A stretch of DNA of 44,026 nucleotides from Candidatus Magasanikbacteria bacterium RIFOXYC2_FULL_40_16 (GCA_001783185.1 MFQY01000053.1:1-44026), one strand, 5' to 3'; positions 16,039 to 24,533 are shown, counted from the stretch's first letter. The notes: a model not told the origin generated them from the letters alone. Numbers and translations: made by a program.

Positions 16039-16749
16039 TTATGAATCGCAGGAGAACACCCGGCGGCCAGCGTCCCACTCAAACGGATCCTCGACCGAGT
16101 AGGCGTACACGCACCAGCCGTTGCCGTACCAGTACACGCACACCGCGCGCAACACGCCGTTGATGTAGTGAAAATAGAAGATGTTCGCGTAGCCATTGGT
16201 TAAGAGCGCGCCCTGTTTGCCATCGGGTTGCTTCCACATTAGGGCGGCGATATGGAAGAGGGTGGTCTTGACCTTATCTTCACCGCCCAGTTCCTTGATG
16301 ATGGGGCCGTCCACCGAACTCCGGTTGAGCGTGTAGTAGCACAAGACGCTTTTGTCGGCGCCGTTCTCGCCGAGCGTACGGTAAGGACCCTCGCCAGGCT
16401 CGGTTTCGTCCGCGTTCGGCTGTACCTCCACCTTTCCGTAGAACCACGTTTTGAAGTTGTCTCCAACATAGGAGATCTTCACCAACGAGTTATTCTCGTT
16501 GAAAAACTCGCTTGCCACGAGCTTCTTCATCAGTTGAACCTTGACGGTTCCGGTGAAAGTCAGAAAGGGTTGCGGTTCTGGCTTGGACTGTTCTTCCTGC
16601 TGACGGTTTTCTACCGCCTGAACAAACAGGGCGATGGCCGATTTGGGATTTTGAATCACCCATTGAGCGTTACCGGTTGTTAATAACTTAAACTCCGACT
16701 GGTGTTCCACAAGAGACGCTACAAGCTTCGGGACCTGTTGTTCGGTCAT
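16039..16749 (-). CDS. hypothetical protein (236 aa), visibly GC-richer than its neighbours
   Basis: Long ORF with a good Shine-Dalgarno sequence (AAAAGGAGAAAACA-ATG). The overlapping antisense ORFs are typical GC-rich artefacts. No family recognised. Confidence 0.6.
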   Translation of the reverse strand: MTEQQVPKLVASLVEHQSEFKLLTTGNAQWVIQNPKSAIALFVQAVENRQQEEQSKPEPQPFLTFTGTVKVQLMKKLVASEFFNENNSLVKISYVGDNFKTWFYGKVEVQPNADETEPGEGPYRTLGENGADKSVLCYYTLNRSSVDGPIIKELGGEDKVKTTLFHIAALMWKQPDGKQGALLTNGYANIFYFHYINGVLRAVCVYWYGNGWCVYAYSVEDPFEWDAGRRVFSCDS

Positions 16750-17026
16750 TGTTTTCTCCTTTTTGACCGTTTTTACAGATACTCCTTGCTGTTGGGCTTG
16801 GCCGGTATGGTTTCGCCACAGCGAAAAATCTTTTATCTATTCAAAGTTAAACACAAAATCCGTAATTTGTCAATAAAACAATTCAACAATATATCAATTT
16901 TTCAATTCAACAATCACTGTCTATAATCTAAAATCTTTAATCTTCTATCTCTTACTTCTTCCACCCTACTTCTTCCACCTCTCACCTAACACTTACTATT
17001 TACTATTTTCTATTTACTAATTACTC

Positions 17027-18784
17027 TCAATCAACATGCATATTCGCATCAAACCTCTGCTTCATTTCAGACGACTGCTCCTTCTTAAGTTTATCAAAAG
17101 TTTTTCTTGTCCAGGGCTTCTCTTTCAAAATATGAGAAATCCAATTTCCCCCCAACAAATGAGGCATCATCACATAATTCGCCCCGGCCTTATATACTTC
17201 GTCCAAATATGTCGGGTGATATAAATTCGCTATTATTACCGCCTTACCGCCGTCGTTCCTGACTGTTCTTATCAAAGTGTTCTGGTCTTCAATATCGGGA
17301 ATGGTGGAAATAATCATCTTTGTTTTTTCCAACGACAAACTCTGTAAAAACTCCACATCGGCCGCATCGCCAAAATACGCGGGAATATTTCTCCCTCGCA
17401 ACTTTTCAATCGCTTCCGGATTAAAATCAACCACGGCAAATTTTATTTTCATTTGTTCAAGCTCCTCGCAGACTTTCCAGCCGATTCTATGATAACCAAA
17501 TACCCAAACTTTATACGCTTTAGCTTCCTCAACTCTGTTTTTAAAATTATCTTTGCCGAATTTTTTCAATAACGGAGAAATTTTTTGGTATATTTGTTCA
17601 TTATAGGTAATAAAATATGAGGAAATTATTATCGTGATAAGCGCCACCATCGTCAACACCGTCACCTCGTTACCCTGCAAATAACCCAAGTCTTTACCCT
17701 TAAAAACCAAAATGAAGCCAAACTCGCTGACTTGAGCCGAGGTAATACCGGCAAGAAAAGCGTTCCTTCGCGTATATTTTAACCTTCTCATCACAGCATA
17801 GAGAATCAACGGGTCAATAACCAAAATGAAAACTGATAAAATTATTGCCGGGCGAAAAGAAGAATTTAAATCGCCAATCTGCATTTGGCTGCCTAAAACA
17901 ATAAAAAACAAAACTAAAAAGAAATCACGCAAAGGGCGGATACGGCTGGCAATTTGCGATTGGTAAGGCGAAGCTCCAAGTGAAATGCCGGCGATAACCG
18001 CGCCGATTTCAATATTAAAACCCGCCCAATAAACAAGGCTAGCAACACCAAAACACCAAGTAATCGTAAAAATAAATAATAATTCTCCCGAATGCGCAAC
18101 TTTTTCCATCAAAATCGGCAAAACATACCTCGCCGCCAAAAACACGATGCCAATTAAGACAATTCCTTTGCTGGCGGTTATTATCAGCGTCTCGCTCAAA
18201 GTTCCGTCCAGTCCCACCGTATTCAAAAAAATCATTATCGTGACCGCGATAATATCCTGCACCAAAAGCAAACCGATTACATACCGGCCGTACATTGTTT
18301 CCGCGTCTTTCTTGTCCGTCAAAAACTTAACGACAATAATCGTGCTTGAAAATGTAATCGCGATGGCGATAAACAGCGAAGGAATAAAAGAAAAACCAAG
18401 CCAATTCATTATTAAAAAACCCAAAGACGCGGTAACAAAAAACTGCGCGATTCCGCCGATTAAAACCGACTTGCCGACTTTTCTGATATAATCAAAATTC
18501 AAACTCAAACCGACAATAAACAACAAAAGCACGATTCCGAAATGGGCGAAAGTCTCAAAAAAATCCTCCCCACCATGAAGCAAATTAAAAAATAACGGCC
18601 CGCCAATTATACCGGCGATTATATACGCGACTACAAGAGGCTGGCGGAACAAACGCAAAACAAGAGCAATCGCCACCGTGATTGCCAGCAGAGTGCTGAT
18701 TTGGATAAAAATATTATCAACCATAAAAATAGTTCGGAGTCCATAGTTCGGAGCCAATAAAAAATTTGTTAGTACATTGACCAA
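17027..18784 (-). CDS. Kef-type cation/proton antiporter (CPA2) with C-terminal RCK/TrkA-N domain
   Basis: About 12 transmembrane segments, then VWVFGYHRIGWKVCEEL (a Rossmann-type G-x-G-x-x-G variant). The alternative start is the ATG at 18724. Confidence 0.8.
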   Translation of the reverse strand: MVNVLTNFLLAPNYGLRTIFMVDNIFIQISTLLAITVAIALVLRLFRQPLVVAYIIAGIIGGPLFFNLLHGGEDFFETFAHFGIVLLLFIVGLSLNFDYIRKVGKSVLIGGIAQFFVTASLGFLIMNWLGFSFIPSLFIAIAITFSSTIIVVKFLTDKKDAETMYGRYVIGLLLVQDIIAVTIMIFLNTVGLDGTLSETLIITASKGIVLIGIVFLAARYVLPILMEKVAHSGELLFIFTITWCFGVASLVYWAGFNIEIGAVIAGISLGASPYQSQIASRIRPLRDFFLVLFFIVLGSQMQIGDLNSSFRPAIILSVFILVIDPLILYAVMRRLKYTRRNAFLAGITSAQVSEFGFILVFKGKDLGYLQGNEVTVLTMVALITIIISSYFITYNEQIYQKISPLLKKFGKDNFKNRVEEAKAYKVWVFGYHRIGWKVCEELEQMKIKFAVVDFNPEAIEKLRGRNIPAYFGDAADVEFLQSLSLEKTKMIISTIPDIEDQNTLIRTVRNDGGKAVIIANLYHPTYLDEVYKAGANYVMMPHLLGGNWISHILKEKPWTRKTFDKLKKEQSSEMKQRFDANMHVD

Positions 18785-18843
18785 GTTTTTTAAAACTATT
18801 GGCTATGAACTATTGGCTATGAACTTTAACTATTATACCAAAT

Positions 18844-21000
18844 TTATCCGCGTTTTACGAATGCTAAAACCACTGCGCCGAGTTTTTTTATAAATCTCAC
18901 CACAAAAAATCCGCGCGCTTTAACAGACAAACCGATTAAAATTGAAGTTAGCCCACCGGCGGTGGCGATCAAGTATTTTTCCGCCGTGTCTGTTTGACTG
19001 GCTTCTGCCACAGCCTCGCCCTCGCCGGCCGTATTTAACAATTCAATATCCTCGCTGGAACGAGGAAGCAACTGATAACCAGCCGACCTCTCAATTAAAA
19101 TCCCTTTAACAGCGATCCTGTCCCCTGTTTCAAAAGAACTGCTGTCTATATTTGCGTTTTCCTTGAAAGAAACTTTGATTTCCTCGGCGCCGTCATCCAA
19201 ATAAATATATGAACTTTTCTTTTCCGTCACTTCGCCCTCAATCCGCAAAAAACTCCCCTCATATTTTTCATCTATCTCGCTTATTTTCAATGCAATAACT
19301 TCCGGCTCGCTTTTGCCGACGACTTTAATATCTTCTTTGTTCTTTATCTTTATTCTGGTCTCGCCATAGGCCTCGGATATTTCCCCGGCGACTTCAACTT
19401 CATCGCCGATTGCCAACTCCGGAAAATCTTTGCTATACATATATATCTGCGCTCCGCCGTCTTGGTTGGAAATATAAAAATACTGCGTGCCAAAAACCCC
19501 CGGCAACACCGTCACCACTCCTTTTGTTTTTACTCTGGAACCAACGGCGCGGTCGCGAAGTTCAGCCAATCCGGTTTCAACTGTCGCGCTGTATTTTACG
19601 CCGGCAACCGCGGTCAACGCCGGAGCGGAAAAACTGTTTTTTGCCCCCGGAGTAATTTTCGTCGTCCACGTCCATTGATTGGAATCATTTCTGGCAAAAC
19701 CTGCCCCCTCCGTCACGCTTGAATAATCTATTTCATCTATTATGGCGTTATCACCGGCTAACAATCTGGCCGAATCCATATCATTATTAAGGGCAATTTT
19801 TGTTTCCCATTTTCCAAAAACCAAATACTCCCCCGCTTTTATAATTGTATCCTTCGGAAATTTATACGGACTGGAACCACCATCCTCGTCATCCAGCTTT
19901 AAGCCATACAAATTAAAATCTTCTTCCGTCGGATTATATAATTCTATCATCTCCGTGGTGTCCGAACCGGCCGGATTGGGCAAAATTTCTGTGATAATAA
20001 TTTTTACATCCCCAATTTTAACCAACTCTTTCACTTCGCTTTCCACGACAACTTTTTTCGTGCTGGTTGAAATTAAAAAAGCGGTTGTCGTCGTTTGATT
20101 ATTTTGAGTTTTACTTTCCGACACGCCAATTTCACCCTCAACATAAATAACGTTCGGCTTGCCTTTGGTAATTTCCTGCGTGAGAGCAAAATCAACATCA
20201 TCTTTATCAGTATCCTGTCCGTCGTAAACTCTCGCCGTCGCGAGCGGATCGTCCGCTTTTGGCGCGTTGTCATTTTTATTGCCGTCGTCCCAATTGCCGT
20301 AAGACATTTGGTCTATCAGCCCGCCCGCCGGGTCAAACAACTTAATTATATCGCCCGTGTTATTCAAATTCCCTTTTGGTTTTTCCAAAACAAAAAAACC
20401 GTTCGCCAAAGTTGTTCCGCCCAAAATGCTTTTACGCACGGAGCCGTCTTCAATCCACCAACCGGACAAATCAATACTATATATAGTGGTATTATACAAT
20501 TCTAAAAACTCCACTTCGCCGTCAGCCGGGTCGCTGACGAATTCATTTATTACCACTGAACCAATATCATAACCCAATAATTCCGGCTCGCTTTGAATAA
20601 TTTCGATATTGTTTTGAACTGGCGGTGGTTCAGATTCTTGTTCATTGTTAATTGTTCCAGCCGAAGGCTGGTCCGCCTCTGGCGGAGATTGTTCATTGTC
20701 GCCTACTGTAATCAAATCTTTTAATCCATCAAAAGTAACCTGTCCGATGCCGGATACATCCATAATTTCTTCTATTGTTTCAAACGGACCATTCAGCTCG
20801 CGGTAATCAATAATCGCTTGGGCTTTTACCGCTCCAATCCCGGGCAGTAATAAATCCAGCGTTCCCACATCAGCTGTGTTAATGTTTATTTTAAGGGAAT
20901 CGTCAGCCAAAACATTTTGCATAAATAAAAAAATACCGCCTAAGATCATTAGCAATAAAAATAGTTTTTTCATATAAAAAAATAAATTAATTATGGACAT
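18844..21000 (-). CDS. ComEA-like HhH DNA-binding surface protein with two lamin-tail domains, an OB-fold and a C-terminal membrane anchor
   Basis: The signal peptide is followed by ININTADVGTLDLLLPGIGAVKAQAIIDYRELNGPFETIEEIMDVSGIG, a ComEA helix-hairpin-helix. The lamin-tail-like segments are VINEFVSDPADGEVEFLELYN and ITEILPNPAGSDTTEMIELYN. The probable start is the ATG at 20973 (MKKLFLLL). Confidence 0.7.
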   Translation of the reverse strand: MSIINLFFYMKKLFLLLMILGGIFLFMQNVLADDSLKININTADVGTLDLLLPGIGAVKAQAIIDYRELNGPFETIEEIMDVSGIGQVTFDGLKDLITVGDNEQSPPEADQPSAGTINNEQESEPPPVQNNIEIIQSEPELLGYDIGSVVINEFVSDPADGEVEFLELYNTTIYSIDLSGWWIEDGSVRKSILGGTTLANGFFVLEKPKGNLNNTGDIIKLFDPAGGLIDQMSYGNWDDGNKNDNAPKADDPLATARVYDGQDTDKDDVDFALTQEITKGKPNVIYVEGEIGVSESKTQNNQTTTTAFLISTSTKKVVVESEVKELVKIGDVKIIITEILPNPAGSDTTEMIELYNPTEEDFNLYGLKLDDEDGGSSPYKFPKDTIIKAGEYLVFGKWETKIALNNDMDSARLLAGDNAIIDEIDYSSVTEGAGFARNDSNQWTWTTKITPGAKNSFSAPALTAVAGVKYSATVETGLAELRDRAVGSRVKTKGVVTVLPGVFGTQYFYISNQDGGAQIYMYSKDFPELAIGDEVEVAGEISEAYGETRIKIKNKEDIKVVGKSEPEVIALKISEIDEKYEGSFLRIEGEVTEKKSSYIYLDDGAEEIKVSFKENANIDSSSFETGDRIAVKGILIERSAGYQLLPRSSEDIELLNTAGEGEAVAEASQTDTAEKYLIATAGGLTSILIGLSVKARGFFVVRFIKKLGAVVLAFVKRG
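20657..20686. repeat. double-hairpin element, copy 2, inside the ComEA-like CDS (encodes ..PPEADQPSAG..)
   Basis: Same stems as the copies at 5001 and 30971. On the coding strand it is flanked by the direct repeat ACAATGAACAA. The distance from repeat start to repeat start is 51 nt, so the reading frame is kept. Confidence 0.85.
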
Positions 21001-21042
21001 AATAATAACATAATAAAATTAAAAAAGGAAACAAAAAACCCT
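20999..21042. repeat. 44-bp direct repeat, left copy
   Basis: ATAATAATAACATAATAAAATTAAAAAAGGAAACAAAAAACCCT, identical to 21858-21901. Confidence 0.95.
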
Positions 21043-21082
21043 CTCTCCGAAGGTTAATCAACAAATAACAATACTACTACTT

Positions 21083-21850
21083 TTAAATATCAAATAATTT
21101 CTTATTTTCCTTAATAACCTTGTATGCTTGTTTCAAAAATTCTTCAAAATTTCCACCCTTTTTCATATTTTTAATATATAAATCCGTAAAATATGCCGTT
21201 GCTTTTTTATTATCAATTTTTATTTTTTCATGTTCCGGATAAAAAAATGCTTTTTGTTTGAGTAATTTTTGCACCCGAAAATCATTCAGAATAACGGGGG
21301 CGAATATCTCACTGAGATGCCACTCAATATAAGGCGATTCAAACTTTTTTATGTCCATATTTGGATATATTTTTTTCCATTTTTCAAAATATAAAAAATG
21401 ACAAGTTTCATGCATAATTGTCTCCATAGCATGAGATAATTTTTTATAATTATAAAAAATAGAAAAACTCCACTCATCCAAAAATCTGGGGCAAATTGTA
21501 TTTATAGATATTTCCGCTGTAATTATTTTTCTGTTTTTGGGCCAGTCAATATCCATTATTCCGGATAAAAGTTTGAAATATTTATTTTCAATCATTTGCC
21601 ACTTTTTATTATATTTTATTTTATTTGCCTCTATTCTATCAGCATTTTCTTTTCTAAAATCAATAATATATTTTTTAAAAAATAAAATACGCTCTTTCTT
21701 TGTCTTTAGTGACAAAACATATTTAATCTTTGGATGTTTTCTTATAATATACTTGCCCCAGCCCATGTCATTTTCAAACAAAAAACCATAAAGCCCATCT
21801 ATTTCAGCTTTTAAAGATATGTTTGTAAATTTTACTTTAGGGATACTCAT
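21083..21850 (-). CDS. hypothetical protein with HExxH motif (possible zinc metallopeptidase), very AT-rich
   Basis: 255-aa ORF. IMHETCHFLYF contains HExxH. No other motif recognised. Confidence 0.45.
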   Translation of the reverse strand: MSIPKVKFTNISLKAEIDGLYGFLFENDMGWGKYIIRKHPKIKYVLSLKTKKERILFFKKYIIDFRKENADRIEANKIKYNKKWQMIENKYFKLLSGIMDIDWPKNRKIITAEISINTICPRFLDEWSFSIFYNYKKLSHAMETIMHETCHFLYFEKWKKIYPNMDIKKFESPYIEWHLSEIFAPVILNDFRVQKLLKQKAFFYPEHEKIKIDNKKATAYFTDLYIKNMKKGGNFEEFLKQAYKVIKENKKLFDI

Positions 21851-21857
21851 AATGGCT

Positions 21858-21901
21858 ATAATAATAACATAATAAAATTAAAAAAGGAAACAAAAAACCC
21901 T
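21858..21901. repeat. 44-bp direct repeat, right copy
   Basis: Identical to 20999-21042. It overlaps the efp terminator. Confidence 0.95.
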
Positions 21902-21920
21902 GTACCGTTCTGGTACAGGG
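21886..21920 (-). terminator. intrinsic (bidirectional-looking) terminator after efp
   Basis: CCCTGTACCG-TTCT-GGTACAGGG flanked by an A-run and a T-run. Nearly the same hairpin recurs inverted at 24399-24421. Confidence 0.7.
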
Positions 21921-21926
21921 TTTTTT

Positions 21927-22499
21927 TTATTCTTGTGATCTTCCGCCATAATCTCCCGTTTCCGTATTCACGATGACTTCTTCGCCTTCTTTGATAAATA
22001 TCGGCGCGTAAATTTTTAAATCATTGTCCAACACAATCTCTTTGGTCACATTTCCGCTGGCCGTGTCGCCTTTGACCGCCGGCGGGGCTTGCTTCACTTT
22101 ATAAACCACTTTTTTGGGTAATTCTATGGCTACAACGCTTCCTTCGTGGGTTATAGCAATCACATCTAAACCATCCTTCAGATATTTAGCGTCTTCTCCA
22201 AGCACATCAGCCCTGACATCAACCGTTTCATAAGTTTTTTGATTCATAAAAGAATAAGAATCCCCGGTTTTATACAAATATTGCATATTCACATGCTCCA
22301 CGCTTACCACATCCACGGTTTCACCGCTTTTGTAAGTAATTTCCGTTCCTTTTCCGCTGGAAATGCTTCTTAACTTTGTTTTTGTAAAAGCCGCGCCCTT
22401 GCCCGGATTTACAAATTGGCAAAAAGTCACCACCCACAAATCATTTTGGTGGCGGATAATTGCTCCTTTTCTTATATCAGTAGTTGATCCCATATTCAC
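21927..22499 (-). CDS. efp: elongation factor P
   Basis: IRKGAIIRHQNDLWVVTFCQFVNPGKGAAFTKTKLR, with the conserved modified-Lys loop PGKG. Confidence 0.9.
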   Translation of the reverse strand: MNMGSTTDIRKGAIIRHQNDLWVVTFCQFVNPGKGAAFTKTKLRSISSGKGTEITYKSGETVDVVSVEHVNMQYLYKTGDSYSFMNQKTYETVDVRADVLGEDAKYLKDGLDVIAITHEGSVVAIELPKKVVYKVKQAPPAVKGDTASGNVTKEIVLDNDLKIYAPIFIKEGEEVIVNTETGDYGGRSQE

Positions 22500-22791
22500 T
22501 TAGTCACTTTACCACCTAATCACTTAATCACTGTGGTGGCGGTAAAATTATATTAATAAAAATAATTAATCTAACTATTCTAAATAAATCCCAAATTCCA
22601 ATCAATAATCATATTTTAAATTCTAAATCCGAAGCCCGAAATCCGAAACAAATTCAAATGTTCAAAATCCTAATGTTCAAAACGTTTTGAATTTAGGTAA
22701 TTTGAATTTCGTTATTGTTTCGAGTTTCGATATTCGATATTCGAATTTCTAATACGGTGAATTAGGCCAGTTGGAATAATTAAACTTATGT

Positions 22792-23841
22792 TTAGGTTGT
22801 CAGATGGTCAGGTGATAAAATGATTGATGCTGGTAATACTAACACATCATCTATATTTTGGCAAGATAAAAATACCTGAACCAAACGGTCTACACCCAGC
22901 GCGATTCCCGCGCATTTCGGCAATTCCCCCACCGCTTCTATAAAATCCTCATCAATCTCAAACACATCCACGCCACGAGACGAAGTTTTTCGTGGTTTTC
23001 CCAATTCTTTTCTTAATTCTTTCTCCTCTACCAGCCGTTTTCTCTGCTCTTCCTCATCGGTCAACTCGGAAAACGCGTTGGCGATTTCCATACCATTCAC
23101 ATATACTTCAAATCTTTCCGCGTAGCGATTGTCTTCATCGGACAGTTTCGCCAAGGCGGCCATCTGCGCCGGATAATGATGAATAATTACCGGATCTTTC
23201 AATTTCGGTTCAATCTCGTTTAAAAATATGCGGTAAAATAAATCTTCATATTTTTCATCCTTGTCCGGATTAAAACCCCTTTCCACGCAAAGCGTGAACA
23301 TTTTTTCTTTTTCCAAATATTCATCCAAATCAATACCCGCGTATTTCTTCCACAAATCACGCATGTGAATTTTTTCAAAGAATTTGGAATTTGGAATTTG
23401 GAATTTGGAATTTTTATTTTGTATTTTTAATTTTAAATTTTGAATTAAATCCTCTACATCATCCATTATCTTATAAAAATCAACTTCGGTTCGGTACCAC
23501 TCTATCATGGTAAATTCCGGATTGTGCAATCCGCCAAAACTTTCATTATCGCGAAAGCATTTACAAATGGAAAAAATATTATCAAACCCGCCGGCCAGCA
23601 TTTTTTTCATCGCGTATTCCGGTGAAGTATGCAAATACGCCTGATACTGCTTTTTATTTTCATCGCTGATTTTTAAACTCATCGGCGACAAATACGGCTC
23701 CTGTCCGGGTAAGGCGACAATGTTCGGCGTTTCCACTTCTGTAAAATTCTTGGACCAAAAAAACTCGCGCATTGATTTTACAATTTGCGCGCGCGAAATT
23801 AAATTATCTTTGTTGTTTTTTATGTGCTGAAGCTGATTCAT
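22792..23841 (-). CDS. epmA: EF-P lysine ligase, EpmA/PoxA/GenX-like (class II lysyl-tRNA-synthetase paralogue)
   Basis: Class II motif 2 CFRDNESFGGLHNPEFTMIEWY and motif 3 AGIALGVDRLV. It lacks an anticodon-binding domain and lies next to efp. Confidence 0.7.
   Translation of the reverse strand: MNQLQHIKNNKDNLISRAQIVKSMREFFWSKNFTEVETPNIVALPGQEPYLSPMSLKISDENKKQYQAYLHTSPEYAMKKMLAGGFDNIFSICKCFRDNESFGGLHNPEFTMIEWYRTEVDFYKIMDDVEDLIQNLKLKIQNKNSKFQIPNSKFFEKIHMRDLWKKYAGIDLDEYLEKEKMFTLCVERGFNPDKDEKYEDLFYRIFLNEIEPKLKDPVIIHHYPAQMAALAKLSDEDNRYAERFEVYVNGMEIANAFSELTDEEEQRKRLVEEKELRKELGKPRKTSSRGVDVFEIDEDFIEAVGELPKCAGIALGVDRLVQVFLSCQNIDDVLVLPASIILSPDHLTT
23380..23414. repeat. heptanucleotide tandem repeat (GAATTTG) x ~5 inside the epmA-like CDS
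   Basis: Read directly. It encodes NSKFQIPNSKF on the minus strand. Confidence 0.9.
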
Positions 23842-23862
23842 CTTAATTATTTAGAGTCAATT

Positions 23863-23944
23863 TGTCATTCCCGAGAAAGCGGGAATCTAGTTAATAAAAG
23901 ACTGTACTAGACAATTCTGGATTCCCGTTTCCACGGGAATGACA
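23863..23944. mobile_element. 82-bp MITE/REP-like element with ~27-bp terminal inverted repeats GTCATTCCCG.G.AA.CGGGAATC.AG
   Basis: Left end TGTCATTCCCGAGAAAGCGGGAATCTAG, right end CTGGATTCCCGTTTCCACGGGAATGACA. Each end is itself a hairpin. Confidence 0.75.
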
Positions 23945-24011
23945 GTAAAAAATCTCACACAAACTGCAATAATGTGCTATAATACACACATTATATTTAA
24001 AAATCAATAGT

Positions 24012-24398
24012 ATGGAATTTCTAATTTTCTCCGGACAATTAATTCTCTCATCCGGTCTTGGTTCAATTTTGGGCTGGCAAAGACATAAAATCGGCAAATC
24101 CGCCGGCGCCAGAACTTTCGCCATGGTGGCTTTCGGTTCCACTTTATTCACCCTTCTTTCTTTAAGCGTCGCCAACGAGCCATCCAGAATCGCGGCGCAA
24201 ATTTTGACCGGCATCGGTTTTATCGGCGCGGGCACGATTATTCATAAAAAAGAAAGTGTTGAGGGGCTGACAACCGCGGCCGGACTTTGGGCATCAGCCG
24301 CGATTGGTATGGCGGTAGGATTTGGTTGGTATATTCAAGCGATTATCGCTATGGTTTTGATGTTTGCTATTTTAGCGCTTAAACCGGATTATAAATAA
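24012..24398 (+). CDS. MgtC/SapB-family membrane protein
   Basis: GWQRHKIGKSAGARTFAMVAFGSTLFTLLS...AAQILTGIGFIGAGTII matches the MgtC N-terminal domain. An extended -10 (TGcTATAAT) lies at 23975-23983. Confidence 0.7.
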   Translation: MEFLIFSGQLILSSGLGSILGWQRHKIGKSAGARTFAMVAFGSTLFTLLSLSVANEPSRIAAQILTGIGFIGAGTIIHKKESVEGLTTAAGLWASAAIGMAVGFGWYIQAIIAMVLMFAILALKPDYK

Positions 24399-24421
24399 CC
24401 CCGTACCAGAACGGTACAGGG

Positions 24422-24450
24422 TTGACAATCAAAAATAATTGCTATAAGAT
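24422..24450 (+). promoter_or_regulatory. sigma70-type promoter for tRNA-Gly(UCC)
   Basis: TTGACA at 24422-24427, a 17-nt spacer and TAAGAT at 24445-24450, 11 nt before the tRNA 5' end. Confidence 0.5.
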
Positions 24451-24461
24451 ATAGCCCAAAC

Positions 24462-24533
24462 GCGAGCGTCGTATAATGGTTATTATCTCGGTTTTCCAAA
24501 CCGATGACGCCGGTTCGATTCCGGTCGCTCGCT
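24462..24533 (+). tRNA. tRNA-Gly(UCC)
   Basis: GCGAGCG..TCGGT TTTCCAA ACCGA..GCCGG TTCGATT CCGGT CGCTCGC T. CCA is not encoded. Confidence 0.85.

Noticed and set aside
16011-16926. Overlapping ORFs (61, 76, 143 and 74 aa) around the 236-aa gene
   Set aside because: They are alternative or antisense frames in GC-rich DNA, with Ala/Arg/Thr-rich low-complexity translations. Only the 236-aa frame has an SD and a terminator.
19410-20572. Several plus-strand ORFs (63-136 aa) inside the ComEA-like gene
   Set aside because: They are antisense to a 718-aa ORF with recognisable HhH and lamin-tail motifs, and they have no start context.
23891-24235. 114-aa minus-strand ORF
   Set aside because: It is antisense to the well-supported MgtC-family gene, and its C-terminal part is a translation of the GTCATTCCCG repeat.
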